Shown: piece by piece, positions 1 through 12,977 of the stretch
Position numbering within the stretch: the first letter of the stretch is position 1
Layout: each line of letters begins with the position of its first letter
Origin: Octopus sinensis
Taxonomy: Eukaryota
Length of the DNA: 64,000 nt
Assembly (NCBI RefSeq): GCF_006345805.1
Contig: NC_043000.1
Coordinates: 15,314,001-15,378,000, forward strand
Direction of reading: 5' to 3'
Notes under the pieces: generated by a model
Told to the model about the DNA's origin: nothing
Databases searched by the model: none
The model's input: only the letters and a program-made list of their open reading frames with translations
Position numbers and translations under genes: made by a program

Positions 1-445
1 TCGATGGATATTTGTCCTCATCTTGTTTGTTGTTAACACGTTTCGGCTGATATACCCTCCAGCTTTCTTCAGGTGTCTTGGGGAAATTTTGAACCTGGGT
101 TCTCATTCCTAAGGTATTTTTCGATGTTATTATTATTATTATTCAGGTCACTGCCTGGAATCGAACTCAGAATCTTGGAGTTATTAGCCCGCGGTCTTAA
201 CCACATCATAACTGCCCAAGGGCATATGGCGTAGTGGTTAAGAGCATGGGCTACTAACACCAAGATTCCAAGTTCAAATTCCAGGCACTGACCTGAATAA
301 CAATAACATTGAAAAATACCTCAGGAATGAGAGCCCAGGTTCAAAATTTCCCCAAGATACCTGAAGAAGGCTGGAGGGTATATCAGCCGAAACATGTTAA
401 CAACAAACAAGGTGAGGACAAATATCTGTCAAATGTAAATAATTA
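1..445. mobile_element. Family D fold-back element: two inverted tRNA-like heads, each followed by a hammerhead-like motif (left end cut by window edge)
   Basis: Arms 1-217 and 220-440 are reverse complements around tgccc-aa-gggca. A box TGGCGTAGTGG at 227-237; B boxes at 271-282 (+) and 157-167 (-); CTGAAGA...GAAA motifs at 354-400 (+) and 33-79 (-). Confidence 0.85.
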
Positions 446-884
446 TACATAGTACTTATACAAGTTCCTTTATACCCTCTTTTTTTTTTAATGTTAGATA
501 ATATCTATAGCGTCCCATGGTAAAAGAATATTCTTTACATATTCTAAGGTGTATAGTAAAAATTAGATTACTTCTGAAAAAGTAGAAAATATGCCTGCCT
601 TGAACTCGGATTAACCTGTTACTATATATAAATATATTCAATTCTGTATTATTAAGTGTAATGCATTAAGCTCTTTGCCTTTGAGCCGCTTATGTTATTT
701 TACAGCCTTTTATGAGTTGAATTCTCTTACTCCTGTTTGTACTAACAAATTTATTGATATGTGCATGTAATATAAATATAATAAAATGGTCAGTTAACAT
801 GAAAATCTCTATGCAGTCACTATAAATAGATACTTAAAATCACTGTAGCATGAGTGAATTGAAAGAAAGGATCCTGTTTTTAAT

Positions 885-1490
885 AATTAATAATAATAAT
901 GAAATTATTGTATATAGTGCTCTGGTGCACCACAACTTGTCAAAAGTGCGTATAAAGCATATGCAGTAATGTACAAATGTCTGGAAAGTGAACAGTGTAT
1001 GAGTCAGATACAGGCTTGCATGTGCATGGAGGGGGGAAAATCAGGTGTAGTGTTGGTGAATCTCAGGAAGCATGGAAGTTTTGAAGGATGCAGTGCTCCA
1101 ACAACAAACAACTGATGCCGGCAGTTTGTTCCATACTTCCAGCAAGTCTTAGTGTGAAAAAATGTTTCCGAAAGTCATGGGAGCTGTGCTGTTTTCTGAC
1201 TTTGTAAACATGTCCACAGGTGGAGTTTGAAAAGGTGCTCAGAGTTACTGTTCGTAAGATGGTTAATAATTTTATGGGTGTCTGCCAAGTCAGCTGCCAG
1301 ACATTGGAGTATAAATATATCCATGCTCAAGGAAGTAAGGCGTTCAGAATATGGCAAATGCGTGATGAAGGGTATTCTCTTGGTTGCACGTCACTGAACG
1401 GTTTCCAGACGATTAATATCCTGGGCAAGATAGGGGTTCCAGACCGGTGATGCAAATTCCAGGTGAAGGCCACACCACAGCTATAAGCTA
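885..1490 (-). mobile_element. CR1-type LINE, 5'-truncated and degenerate (ORF2 C-terminus plus 3' tail)
   Basis: Minus-strand frames give HLEFASPVWNPYLAQDINRLETVQ*RATKRIP..LPYSERL..DLADTHKIINH, typical of the CR1 RT C-terminus; (TTA)n-like tail near 885-905. Confidence 0.8.
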
Positions 1491-2073
1491 ATGTCTAGGC
1501 TAAGACGCTGAATATAGATCAAAATTGTCAGACTGCTACATGAAAACTCAGCATTTGCCTTTTTAATGCTAATCTGCCTGAGACCACTCCTAGATCTGAT
1601 AAAAACTTCCTGTTTTAAGGCGATCTAAATTAAAACCTTCCATCAAGATTTCAAATTCTTTTATGTTTACAAACCCCAGCTTAACAACAAAATCATTTTA
1701 CTAAATTATAAAATGTTTTCAAACTTACATGAAACTAAGCTTTTTTGTATTTCAAGAGAAGTATTGTAACGAAAGGGTTAAAACCTAAGTATTTTACTTT
1801 GTGATAAACATAAAGTTCTATTTATGAGTCTATGTAGACTGCTTTTTGATAACATTCTAGCCCAGATGTTAATGTAAAACTTTCACATGATTTTATTGGT
1901 ATAATTGCTAAAACAATAAGCACAAATATGTTAAATGATATATATATATATATTTATTTATTTATTTATTTATTACACACACACAGGTTTTATCTTTTAC
2001 TTGTTTCAGACATTTGACTGCAGCTCTGTCTAGAAATTTTAGTCAAATGTATCAACCCCAGTACTTATATGTA

Positions 2074-2106
<33 letters not shown>

Positions 2107-2432
2107 GACAGGCTTGTTTCAGTTTCTGCTTATCAAATCCACTCATAAGGTTTCACTTGGCCCAAGGTGCCATGCAGTGGGCCTGAACCCTGAACCATGT
2201 GCTTGGGAACCAAACTTCATACCACGCAGCTATGTCTGCACACACACACACACACACAGTATGCAACTGGTACTTAATTTATCGCTCTCTGAAAGGACGA
2301 AAGGCAAAGTTGACCTTGGTGGAATTTGAACTCAGAATGTAAAGACAGACGAAATATCACTAAGCATTTTGCCTGGTGTGCTAATGTTTCTGCTTGCTTG
2401 TCGCCTTCCACCTTTAAATATTCTATGAAACA

Positions 2433-2793
2433 TTTCGTTTCAGTCATTTGACTGTGGCCATGCTGGAGCACCACCTTTAGTCAAGCAAATTGACCCCAGG
2501 ACTTATTCTTTGTAAACCTAGTACTTATTTCTGTCTCTTTTGCTGAATTGCCAAGTTATGGGGGCGTAAACACACCAGCATCGGTTGTCAAGCAATGTTG
2601 GAGGGACAAACACACACACATATATATATAACGGGTTTCTTTCAGTTTCCGTCTACCAAATCTACTCACAAGGCTTTGGTCAGCCCAAGGCTATAGTAGA
2701 AGACACTTGCCCAAGGTGCCACGCAGTGGGACTGAACCCGGAACCATGTGGTTGGTAAGCAAGCTACTTACCACACAGCCACTCCTACGCCTA
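2433..2793 (-). mobile_element. Family A SINE
   Basis: Reverse complement of 19081-19500; an older partial copy lies at about 1995-2235. Confidence 0.85.
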
Positions 2794-3175
2794 TTATTAT
2801 TAAAATAGTTTTTTCTTTTTTTAAAATTTCAGTGTGCTTTAATTTTAATGTTCGTCTTGTGTATAGAATTGAAGATATCATGTACTTAGGATAACAGGGA
2901 AGCAAAATATTTCTGTACTCTCTGAAGTAGTGATGAGAGAATTGCTGAGTAGATATCGGGCTTGTGATTGTAATGTGGTGGATTTGATTGCTGGGTCTGG
3001 AGGCATGCTGTGTTCTTGAGCAAGACACTTCACTTCATACTACTTCAGTCTATTTGGCTAAAAAACTGAATATCAGTCTAGTACCAGGACATCCTTCTCT
3101 CACCCCAGCTGTCACGTTTTGGATGTTCTGCAAGATCAAGGTGTCTATGCCTGTTTACCTGTTCATAACTATGTA

Positions 3176-3773
3176 CTCGTTTTTTACTTGTTACAGTCGT
3201 TTGACTGTGGCCATGCTGGAGCACTGCCTTTAGTCGAGCAAATCGATCCCAGGACTTATTCTTTGTAAGCCTAGTACATATTCTATCAGTCTCTTTTGCT
3301 GAACCGCTAAGTTACGGGGACGTAAACACACCAGCATTGGTTGTTAAGCGATGTTGGGGGGACAAACAGACACACAAACATATATATATATATATATATA
3401 CGCCATGATAGATCATTAGCCACTACACACATTTTTTTCTCTCCTTGTTTTTTCTGTGTCCCTTTCTGTAGAAGAGCGTAGGCTCGAAACGTAAAAGACT
3501 TTTTCTATTCCTGAGCGTTATACTAATACATCTGTTTGTTTTGTACACCACCTGTCTTCATCTTTTGCTTTTTTCGTAAACTCTCCCAATATATATATAT
3601 ACATATATACGATGGGCTTCTTCCAGTTTCTGTCTACCAAATCTGCTCACAAGGCTTTGGTCAGCCCAAGGCTTAAGAAGAAGACACTTGCACAAGGTGC
3701 CACGCAGTGGGACTGAATCCGGAACCATGTGGTTCGTAAGCAAGCAACTTACCACACAGCCACTCATATGCCT
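3176..3773 (-). mobile_element. Family A SINE with nested family E element
   Basis: A tail 3176-3380, A head 3600-3773. Confidence 0.85.
3402..3587 (+). mobile_element. Family E short element with variant hammerhead motif, nested in the TA tract of a family A SINE
   Basis: CTTT CTGTAGA A GAGC GTAG GCTC GAAACGTA AAAG at 3462-3497; TA repeats on both sides. Confidence 0.7.
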
Positions 3774-5510
3774 GTATGTATCAAAAATAATTATTGAAAG
3801 CATGGTACATACTGTTAAGTCATACTTGCTAGTAAGGGATGGCTCTCATCATCATTATCAATGTTTAATGTCAACTTTCCCATGCTGGCATGGGTTAGAT
3901 GGAATTTGTTGAGGCAGATTTTCTCTGGCCAGATGCTCTTCCTATTGCTAACCCTCACCTGTTTCCAAGCAAGGTAATGTTTCCCGATGGCTAAACCTGT
4001 TTTTCATGGAAGACTAGAAACAAACAACCTTACTTGTATGATGATGATAATAATGTTCATTTACAACCATCATGTGATAGCTGGAAAAGGGTACATACAC
4101 ACACATAGGCATGACTGGCTTCTTTTCAGTGTCTGTCTAGTGAATCTATTCACAAGGCTTTGGTCAGCCTGGGGCCATAGTAGAAGACACTTGCCCACAC
4201 ACACACACATGCATTATAAAAAAAAAAGAAAAAGGAATGAAAATTTAAAAACCAAATAAAACAGTTGAACTTTTTATTCAGTACAAGACATACAATATAA
4301 TTAGATAAATATCCACATATAAGTTTTCTTTTAAATTTAGAGAAAAAAAAAACAAACAAAATGAAAACAAAAACATAACAACACTTTTACAAAAAAAGTG
4401 AAAATGCATTGTTTTTTTTTCTTCTTTTTACAACAAGAAACATTGCATACATAGCTATGTATGCAAAGAATGTTCCAGATATTTTATAATTGACAATGTA
4501 AAAACGATGCAAGAATATATCAAGTCCATTTAATTTACATTTTGGTTTTATGTTCTTTTGTAAAGTAGCTTGATAATAAATTAGGTACATCGGATTTCTT
4601 TATATTGAAACTATCAACAACTATATAACAATAATAACATTTAATAACTGTCAACTAAAACAAATCTGAGTGTTTGAAGATAGGGGTAGAGGCAAACTCA
4701 AAATGGCAGGCAAAAGCAGGAGACAAAATTAATTGAAAAATTTTCCTAATATTTAGGAGGAGAAGGAAAGTGACGGAATAAATGCAATATTTGGGAAAAA
4801 GGAGAGGAAAGGGATTGAGATGATTTTCTAAATTATAAGAGATTGGGAATTAAATTTTGTGACATTGCAAGAGATGTTACCAATTCCCAGAAGTTGTTTC
4901 CTGAGTTATGCCATCAATTTACTTGCTAAACACCATAAAATCCTTTTATGAAGAAATTTCCAAAGGAAATTATTTTATGCTATTGGAATCCAGTAAAAAT
5001 GTTGACAGATCATTTTTGTTATCTATTCACCAGATTACGGCATCTATATACGTTTAGATTCCAAATGTAATTAATAATTGTGTATGCCTGCTGTTGGTAA
5101 GCAATGCGAACCCTAACATTTTGGACAGAGCTCTCCATCAGAGAAGGAAAGTGAAAAACTTTCTGATAATGTTGAAGAAGCTTGGAGGGAGAGAGAAAAA
5201 AATTATATATATATATGAGTTTACTGTCCCATTCAGCGAGAGAGAAACATCATTTAATGCACACTGTATTAAAATAAGAGCTTTTAATAGTTTCTTTCCA
5301 TCATGACATGTGATTAGATAGGTTTTTATAATGTATCTTGTGTCTCCAAGCAGGCTTCAAGCCCTGCATACATGGTTTGTTCTATTTGAAAAACCTTGTG
5401 TTCAGAGCCCAAAGACTGCTTAGAGACACACGGCACATTATACAAATCAGCCTAACCACATATCGCAATGGCAAGAAACTATTTGTAGCCCTTATTCTAA
5501 TAAAGTCTAC

Positions 5511-5557
<47 letters not shown>

Positions 5558-6929
5558 TATATATATATAAGAGAGAAAGAGAGAGGAATAGTTTCCTTCG
5601 ACTGTAGTTTTTATATTCTTTTTAATTAATTGTATTTTACTATCAACTTATGATTACTGAAAAAGGAAAGTATCTGTCAACAAAATGAATCAAGTTGGTA
5701 GTGTGCTAATACTTAAGAAAAAAACAAAAAAAACCTGTTTGAAAGAGGAATTCTACATACTAAATCATGCAAGACAACAAAAGATGGAATATACAGTAAT
5801 TTTGAGATTGTGTAACTCTTGCATGTCTGTCTAATGTAGATGTTGCCATAAAGTACTAAGTTCCTAAAGGGTTTTTTAGCAGGCAAGAGTAAAAGTAGAT
5901 TGGTGCTGCAGTTTAGGACATAACAGAAAAAATTTGGGTGAGCGGGAGGGAGAAAGAAAGAAAGAAAGCAGCGAGAGGGAGAGAAAGTGAGAAAAATCTG
6001 AAAATTCCTAGTGGGGTGCTAGATAGAATAAAAACTGTAAAACACAAACTAATACTATCACTATTACCACCACTACTACCAGGGAGAAACAGTTTTGTAA
6101 AATGGAAGAATATATATGATATTGGCATGGGGGGGACTAAATCTTTAAACACAAGCTTGGATAAAAATAAATAAGAAGGTAGAATCTGTTAGATTTTCCA
6201 TTCTTGATTAATCTACATATTCAGTTAACACAACACTAAAAACATATAGAGGAAAAAAAGTTAATTTCTAAGATAGGCACAAGGCCACAAAATTTTGGAG
6301 CAGGGTTCAGCCAATATATGTATATATATATATATTGGCTGCAATACCTGACTGGATGTAAGTTTTGGATCGATCCTGCAAGGATGAAAGGCAAAGCCAA
6401 CTTCTGTGAGATTTGAGAGCAAAATGTAAAGAGAGATCAACAAAACACTTGTAAGGTATTTTGTCTAACACGCAAACGATTCTGCTAATCAACACCAGAA
6501 TTTGCATAGCCGAATAGATAATGCATGAAAAGAAAGAGGAAAATAATTATCATATTACTGAAGCAAACGAAATTACAAAAAAAATCACTTTGGGCTGATT
6601 AACTTCTTTGTTATTGATTTTTTTTTTTAAAGCTAACTTTCATCTGAAGATATTCAATTAAAAAAATACAAATATTTCATATTTATATATATGTATATAT
6701 ATAAAAAAAATAAAATCAAAATACTGTATATCTTAAAAAGATCTTATAAATTCAGAGGAAAAACTGATGAATAGAAAAAAGGTTTTGAACAAGGTGCATG
6801 AAAATATAGAATTTCCAACTATGTGCAGAAAATATTTCCAGAACAGTTATACACGTCTTTGGAGTCTCTCCTTTGACTTTGGTGAAACAAATGTTATTCT
6901 TGTACTCAACAAAGTTTTATAATTAATAT

Positions 6930-6957
6930 TATTTATTATAACAATTAGGGCTGCAGC

Positions 6958-7017
<60 letters not shown>

Positions 7018-7109
7018 TACACACATGTATGTGTATATATAACATACATGTATACACATATGCACACACATGTAGAAATATACACATCCATAAACATACA
7101 TACACACAC

Positions 7110-7152
<43 letters not shown>

Positions 7153-7473
7153 GTGATATACAGTTATATTTCACATACACACACATACAAAAATATAAAC
7201 ACAGACATGTACATAAATATACATACACAAACATATATAGACATACATACATACATACATACATACATACATGTGTGTGTGTATCAAATGTTATAGAGAT
7301 AAATGAGTACACACACCAAATAGCAATATACAATAGATTGTAAAGACAGACACACATACATATGCATACATACATATACACACATACATATATATACATA
7401 TACACATATATATATACACATATATATATATATACACATATATATATATATACACATATATATATATATACAC

Positions 7474-7506
<33 letters not shown>

Positions 7507-7850
7507 CATATATATATATTATACACATATATATATACACATATATATATATATATACATATATATATACACACATATATATATATACACATATATATAT
7601 ATACACATATATATATATACATATATATATATATACACATATATATATATACACATATATATATACACATATATATATATACATACACATATATATATAC
7701 ACATATATATATACACATATATATATACATATATATATACATATATATATACATACACATACATACATTATCATCGTTTAACATCTGTTTTCCATGCTGA
7801 CATATACATACACACACACATACATATGCATACATACACATATACACATA
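6930..7850. repeat. Compound (TA)/(CA)/(TACA) microsatellite block
   Basis: Direct reading; source of many spurious Y/I/T/H-rich ORFs. Confidence 0.95.
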
Positions 7851-8683
7851 CCAACATGAAATCGTAGTTTACAGGGTACATGATATGAAACGCTTTACAT
7901 CAAATATTGCAAAAGCATCGTATTCATGATAAAAAAATTAAATCTCTCAATGTGTACAACAACAACAACAACTCAAAGCAGTGTACTTTCTATTGGAGTG
8001 ATAAAATTCCATTGAATTGCATTTAAATCAAATTTAGCAATATTTTGAAAACAACAACAACAACAACACATGTTAAACAAATATTGCATGATATTTGTTC
8101 AAAATTATTTTTTTAAAAAAAGATTTCAATGTTCTTCAAAAGAAGACAAAGACATGTAACTTCATATAGGTGGTGGCGGCGGTAAGGAGGGGCTATGAGA
8201 AATATAAGGTAGTAGAAAAAGGGGCTAACCAACAAGGAATGGATGTAAATGTATAAGACTAGCTGAAGGGGGGTGGGGTTGGGGGTAGGGGGGTACGTTA
8301 ACGTGTTGCAAGTAGGTAAATGGAACAGATGTCAAGGTGAGAGTTAAAGTAAACGATCAAAATAGGTGTATATACAAATATGATAACAAAAGAATGAAGT
8401 TTCTTTGTCATAAGCTAAAGGACCTCTGCACGGAAACACTGCTAACATCGATGCACATCACTTAATTTATAGGCAACTGGACACTAAGCAAAGAAAGTAA
8501 AACTTCGTCAAAAGGAAAACTATGGAATTAAAGAGAGGGAGAAGAGAAAGGAAAAGGAAACATTTTTTTTTGAAAATAATTTCAAGATTCATTTGATATC
8601 AGAAATAATTATTCCAAATATTAAATTTCATTGCTTTTTTTTTTTTTTCTTTTCACATGGTTAGTAGTTTCCAATAATGAGAG

Positions 8684-8734
<51 letters not shown>

Positions 8735-11700
8735 TTGATAGAGAGAGAGAAATACAAGCTATTCATGCTGAAACCTGTTGAAGATAAAAACAGGTTTGTT
8801 CAGCAATAAATAGACATTTATAATTTGTTGAAAGCTTCTTTTTCAATTCAAAAGGATAAAAATGGACAGACACATCTTTAAAATCTGTCCAATTTTCTCG
8901 CAACATTCCATTTTATTTGTACTACATTGTTTCACTCATTACAACGAGCTGCAGAGCAGAGTCAAAATGGGTTTAAAATTATAGCAGAAACATACTCCAA
9001 TAACAATAGCATCTCTATTAGAGTAGTTTCTTCTTTAAAGAAATGTAAATATGCCAAATTGAAGAGAGTCACATTGCAGTACAATAACAGGATAAAGAGC
9101 TAACCATTTCTAGCTTTTGGATTATTTCTGGTAATTCCAACTAGCTTCATCTTGGATTACCATGAATGAACTCATGGATTCATTATTCTGCAATTCCAAT
9201 GGAAACTGAAGAACACTAAATCCTTGTCCATAACCTTTTGATTACCACACAGAGCATATACGTTCAGCTCAAGATTTGGGATATTTTAAATAGCTTTCTT
9301 TCTTTTATTTGGTTTTCATATTTTTGTTACACTACAGTCATTAAAATTCCCATTATTGTAGTTTTATATACTTTACAAAATGGAAAAATCAAATTGCGAG
9401 ACAAAATCAGAAATTCATAGAGATATTTTACTTCGAAGATGGTCACCGAGTGGCCATGGATGTAGAAGATAATTTGCGCATTTTATGCATGGAGACATGC
9501 ATACATTCAGATTAATAAATAGTGGTTATTTACGACACATTTTGGGGCTGCTATATTCTCAAACTTTATACTTCAGTAACATTTCCATTCTGCTTTCTAA
9601 AGATATTCAACTGCTGCATTTTGCAAGTCTTTTTGTGTTTTATTTCTGCTATGAATTTAGATTTACAATCCATGTACTTCTAAAATATTGTTTCTGAATA
9701 TTCCACTTAGATTGTTGCAGATAAACACTTGTTGTTGTTGTTGATGAGTTAGACAGATAGATATAAATACAGAAATAGATAGATAGAGAGAGCAAGAGTG
9801 AGAGAGAAATAGACAGGGACAGATATAAAGGGAAGAGGAAGAGAGAAGGGGAAGGGCGAAAGAGAAGAGCTGATTTATGAAGATTAATTTTTATAAGTTT
9901 GTATAGAAATATATTCCCATCTCTTTACTAAGAACTAACATCTCTTGTAAAAGTCAGAACATATTAAAAACAAGAAATAGATTCTCAAAAGGGAAAAGAA
10001 AAAAAAAAAAACTAAAAGAGAAGCTCTATTTCTGTTAACTATTTTTTTTCTATCAACATTGAGCATGCTACTAATATATAGCTACCGATAGTGACTAAAC
10101 AATAGAGACAGGTATATATCATCATACCTTCTTATGGTCTAAAACTGTTAGTATAAAAAAAATAATAACCCAAGAAAGAACTAACAATAAGAGAAAGAAA
10201 CTTCAATGCTATATAGCTGCCATTATTTAAGAAGACAACTAAAGTTTTTGAATCCAGTTATTACATATATATAACACTAGTTCTCTTTGTTGAAAAATGC
10301 ATAGAAATTGAGTAAGAAAAACAAAATGTGTGTAAGACAATATATCCACGTACATCTTGAGAGTGAAGAGATGATTTCAGTTTTTTAATCTGTTGAGTGA
10401 ATATTAAAAGGTCATTTGTACAAATGATATTGTGTACAGCTCAACTAGTAAATTAGTATGTTTCGTAGGATTCAGTTCTCTTAAATATGAATGATCAATG
10501 TAGCTTTTAGATTTCTTTTTTATATACAGATAATAGACATCTCCATACACACACTGGTATTGCAGATAGGTCAACTGGCTAAACTACTACAGTGATTAAC
10601 ATGCTTCTAAAATTAAGTTTCCCAAAAAAATAAATTGATAAAAAATAGCTCACTAGTTAAAGTAAAAGCCAAAAATATAACTAAAGAAGAATATAATGCC
10701 ATGAAATTTTCACATGTCTGTGATTTTAATAAAAAGTACAATATATATATATAGATGCTCAATGGTATTGCTGATAGCTATTCTGCTGAAGGACATTTTA
10801 AATGTTGGTAATTTTTATATGATTATGATAATCTTATTGCTACATGATATTATAAAAAAAATAAAGAAAGTTGCGGAGGGCAAGATTGAAATTAATTCTT
10901 TTTTTTTGTTCAAATGAGTACTGACATTTCAATACAGGAATTACTTCCTTTGGCCAAATTATGGAGATCTGTGATTGGAAAATTATAAAAGACAGGATTT
11001 TATATTAGTTGTAGTTTATCGTTCTATTTCACACAGACCAGGACCAGCTAGAATTGGATTAATGTTTTTTGACAGATTGCAAAACAAGTGCAGCATTTGT
11101 CTATATGCAGTGCAAAGAGAAACTTCTGGAAGTTTTACAAAGTTTCTTGCATTGATACATTCTTTGGTTGAGAGAGTGAGAATGAGAAAGTGGTGGGGAG
11201 GGGGAAGAGAGACAGAAGAGGAGAGAGAGAAAGAAAGAGGGAGACAGAGAAAAGCCGATATTTTCTAGTTTAGAGGATTCTATATTTCTAGAGACTACAA
11301 GCAGAAATGGTTTTCTGCATTTCAACAATGATATGATGTAGCAGAAAGGAGAAATTTCAAAACATCAATTATGACTTACATTGTTTTTACAGCAGTAATG
11401 GATGGGAGATGAGTTGTTGAGGACAAATTGCTTCCATATGCTCAGCTTGTCTGATTATGTAATAGAGGAGATAAGCTGACCAAGTGAAGGCAAATCTACC
11501 ATTAGTAAATGAGGTTGTAGTTTAGGCAACAAAACCAATTAAAAATCAAATCAAATTAAATATATATATTTGTATATATATATATATATGTTAAATCAAT
11601 AAAATCAAATTACTTTATTTCAATTCAGTTTAAAACAACAGCTTTGATTTGTTAATTACTTTTCTTAATTTTTTTCTCTTTTAAGCAGTTGCTTGTTACC

Positions 11701-11904
11701 TTTCAGAAAATATGATCAAACTCAAAATATCCACACGCTGGGACTTATCTGATAAATTAAAGTAAATCAAGACATCAAAATATGATGAACTCTTACAAAT
11801 TCCTGGATGTATAATAAATATACATTATATAATATAATATATAACAATGACATTGTCTCTAAATTATATCAATGCATATAACGAAAAAAACAAAGTAAAA
11901 ACGT

Positions 11905-11978
11905 CCTGTAACTATATATATATATACATATATATGTATATATATGTGTGTGTGTGTGTGTGTGTTTGTGCATATATG

Positions 11979-12029
<51 letters not shown>

Positions 12030-12734
12030 ACATCTATCTATATATCTATGTATATCTGCTATATATCTATATATATGCATATCTATCTATATATGTATAT
12101 CTATCTATATATGTATATCTATCTATATATGTATACATCTATCTATATATGTATATATCTATCTATATATGTATATATCTATCTATATATGTATAAATCT
12201 ATCTATATATGTATAAATCTATCTATATACATATGTATAAATCTATCTATATACATATGTATAAATCTATCTATATATATGTATAAATCTATCTATATAT
12301 ATGTATAAATCTATCTATATATATGTATAAATCTATATATATCTATATGTATAAATCTATATATATCTATATGTATAAATCTATATATATCTATATGTAT
12401 AAATCTATCTATATATATGTATAAATCTATATATATCTATATGTATATATCTATATATATCTATATGTATATATCTATATGTATATCTATCTATATATAC
12501 ATATCTATCTATATACATATATACATATCTATCTATATATATATCTATCTATATACATATATATATGTATAGATATCTATATATCTATCTATTTATATAT
12601 CTATCTATCCATCTATATCTATATACATACACACACCTAAATAAAGAGAAAACAATGTAATATAACTGGTAGAAATGAAATGCTTTTTATAAGTTTAAGG
12701 ATGTGAAGATCTGACAGTATGGAGGAGGAATAAG

Positions 12735-12781
<47 letters not shown>

Positions 12782-12865
12782 TATATAATATATATCGTAT
12801 TTTATATATATATATATATATATATATGTATTTATATATATATACATATATATATTATATATATA
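11905..12865. repeat. Compound (TA)/(TG)/(TATC) microsatellites with a higher-order atctatctatatatgtataa unit
   Basis: Direct reading. Confidence 0.95.
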
Positions 12866-12929
12866 ATAAGCAAACAGTGTTGTCATGGAAAGTACAAGTT
12901 AAAAGTTTTGATAATCCAGCACTTTCTTA

Positions 12930-12977
12930 CTATACATCCACAACCATCTTCTTATGTACGTCCATCGTACCAACCAC
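12930..12977 (-). CDS. PPP3R1: Calcineurin B last coding exon (VVGTMDVHKKMVVDV*), followed by 3' UTR
   Basis: tttctctcttcag|GTG GTT GGT ACG ATG GAC GTA CAT AAG AAG ATG GTT GTG GAT GTA TAG; canonical CnB C-terminus. With an upstream ATG the spliced product is 170 aa. Confidence 0.97.
   Translation of the reverse strand: MVGTMDVHKKMVVDV

Larger units (their letters stand above)
4250..12929 (-). other. Candidate long 3' UTR of calcineurin B, with a distal poly(A) signal (AATAAA on minus at 4273-4278)
   Basis: The tract directly follows the stop codon and almost lacks the SINEs that fill the introns. The AATAAA is followed by a U-rich downstream element. The extent is inferred; no transcript data. 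Confidence 0.4.

Noticed and set aside
220-292. Functional tRNA gene (also the heads of families A and C)
   Set aside because: No acceptor-stem closure or T-run terminator; the heads run straight into repeat bodies, as in SINEs.
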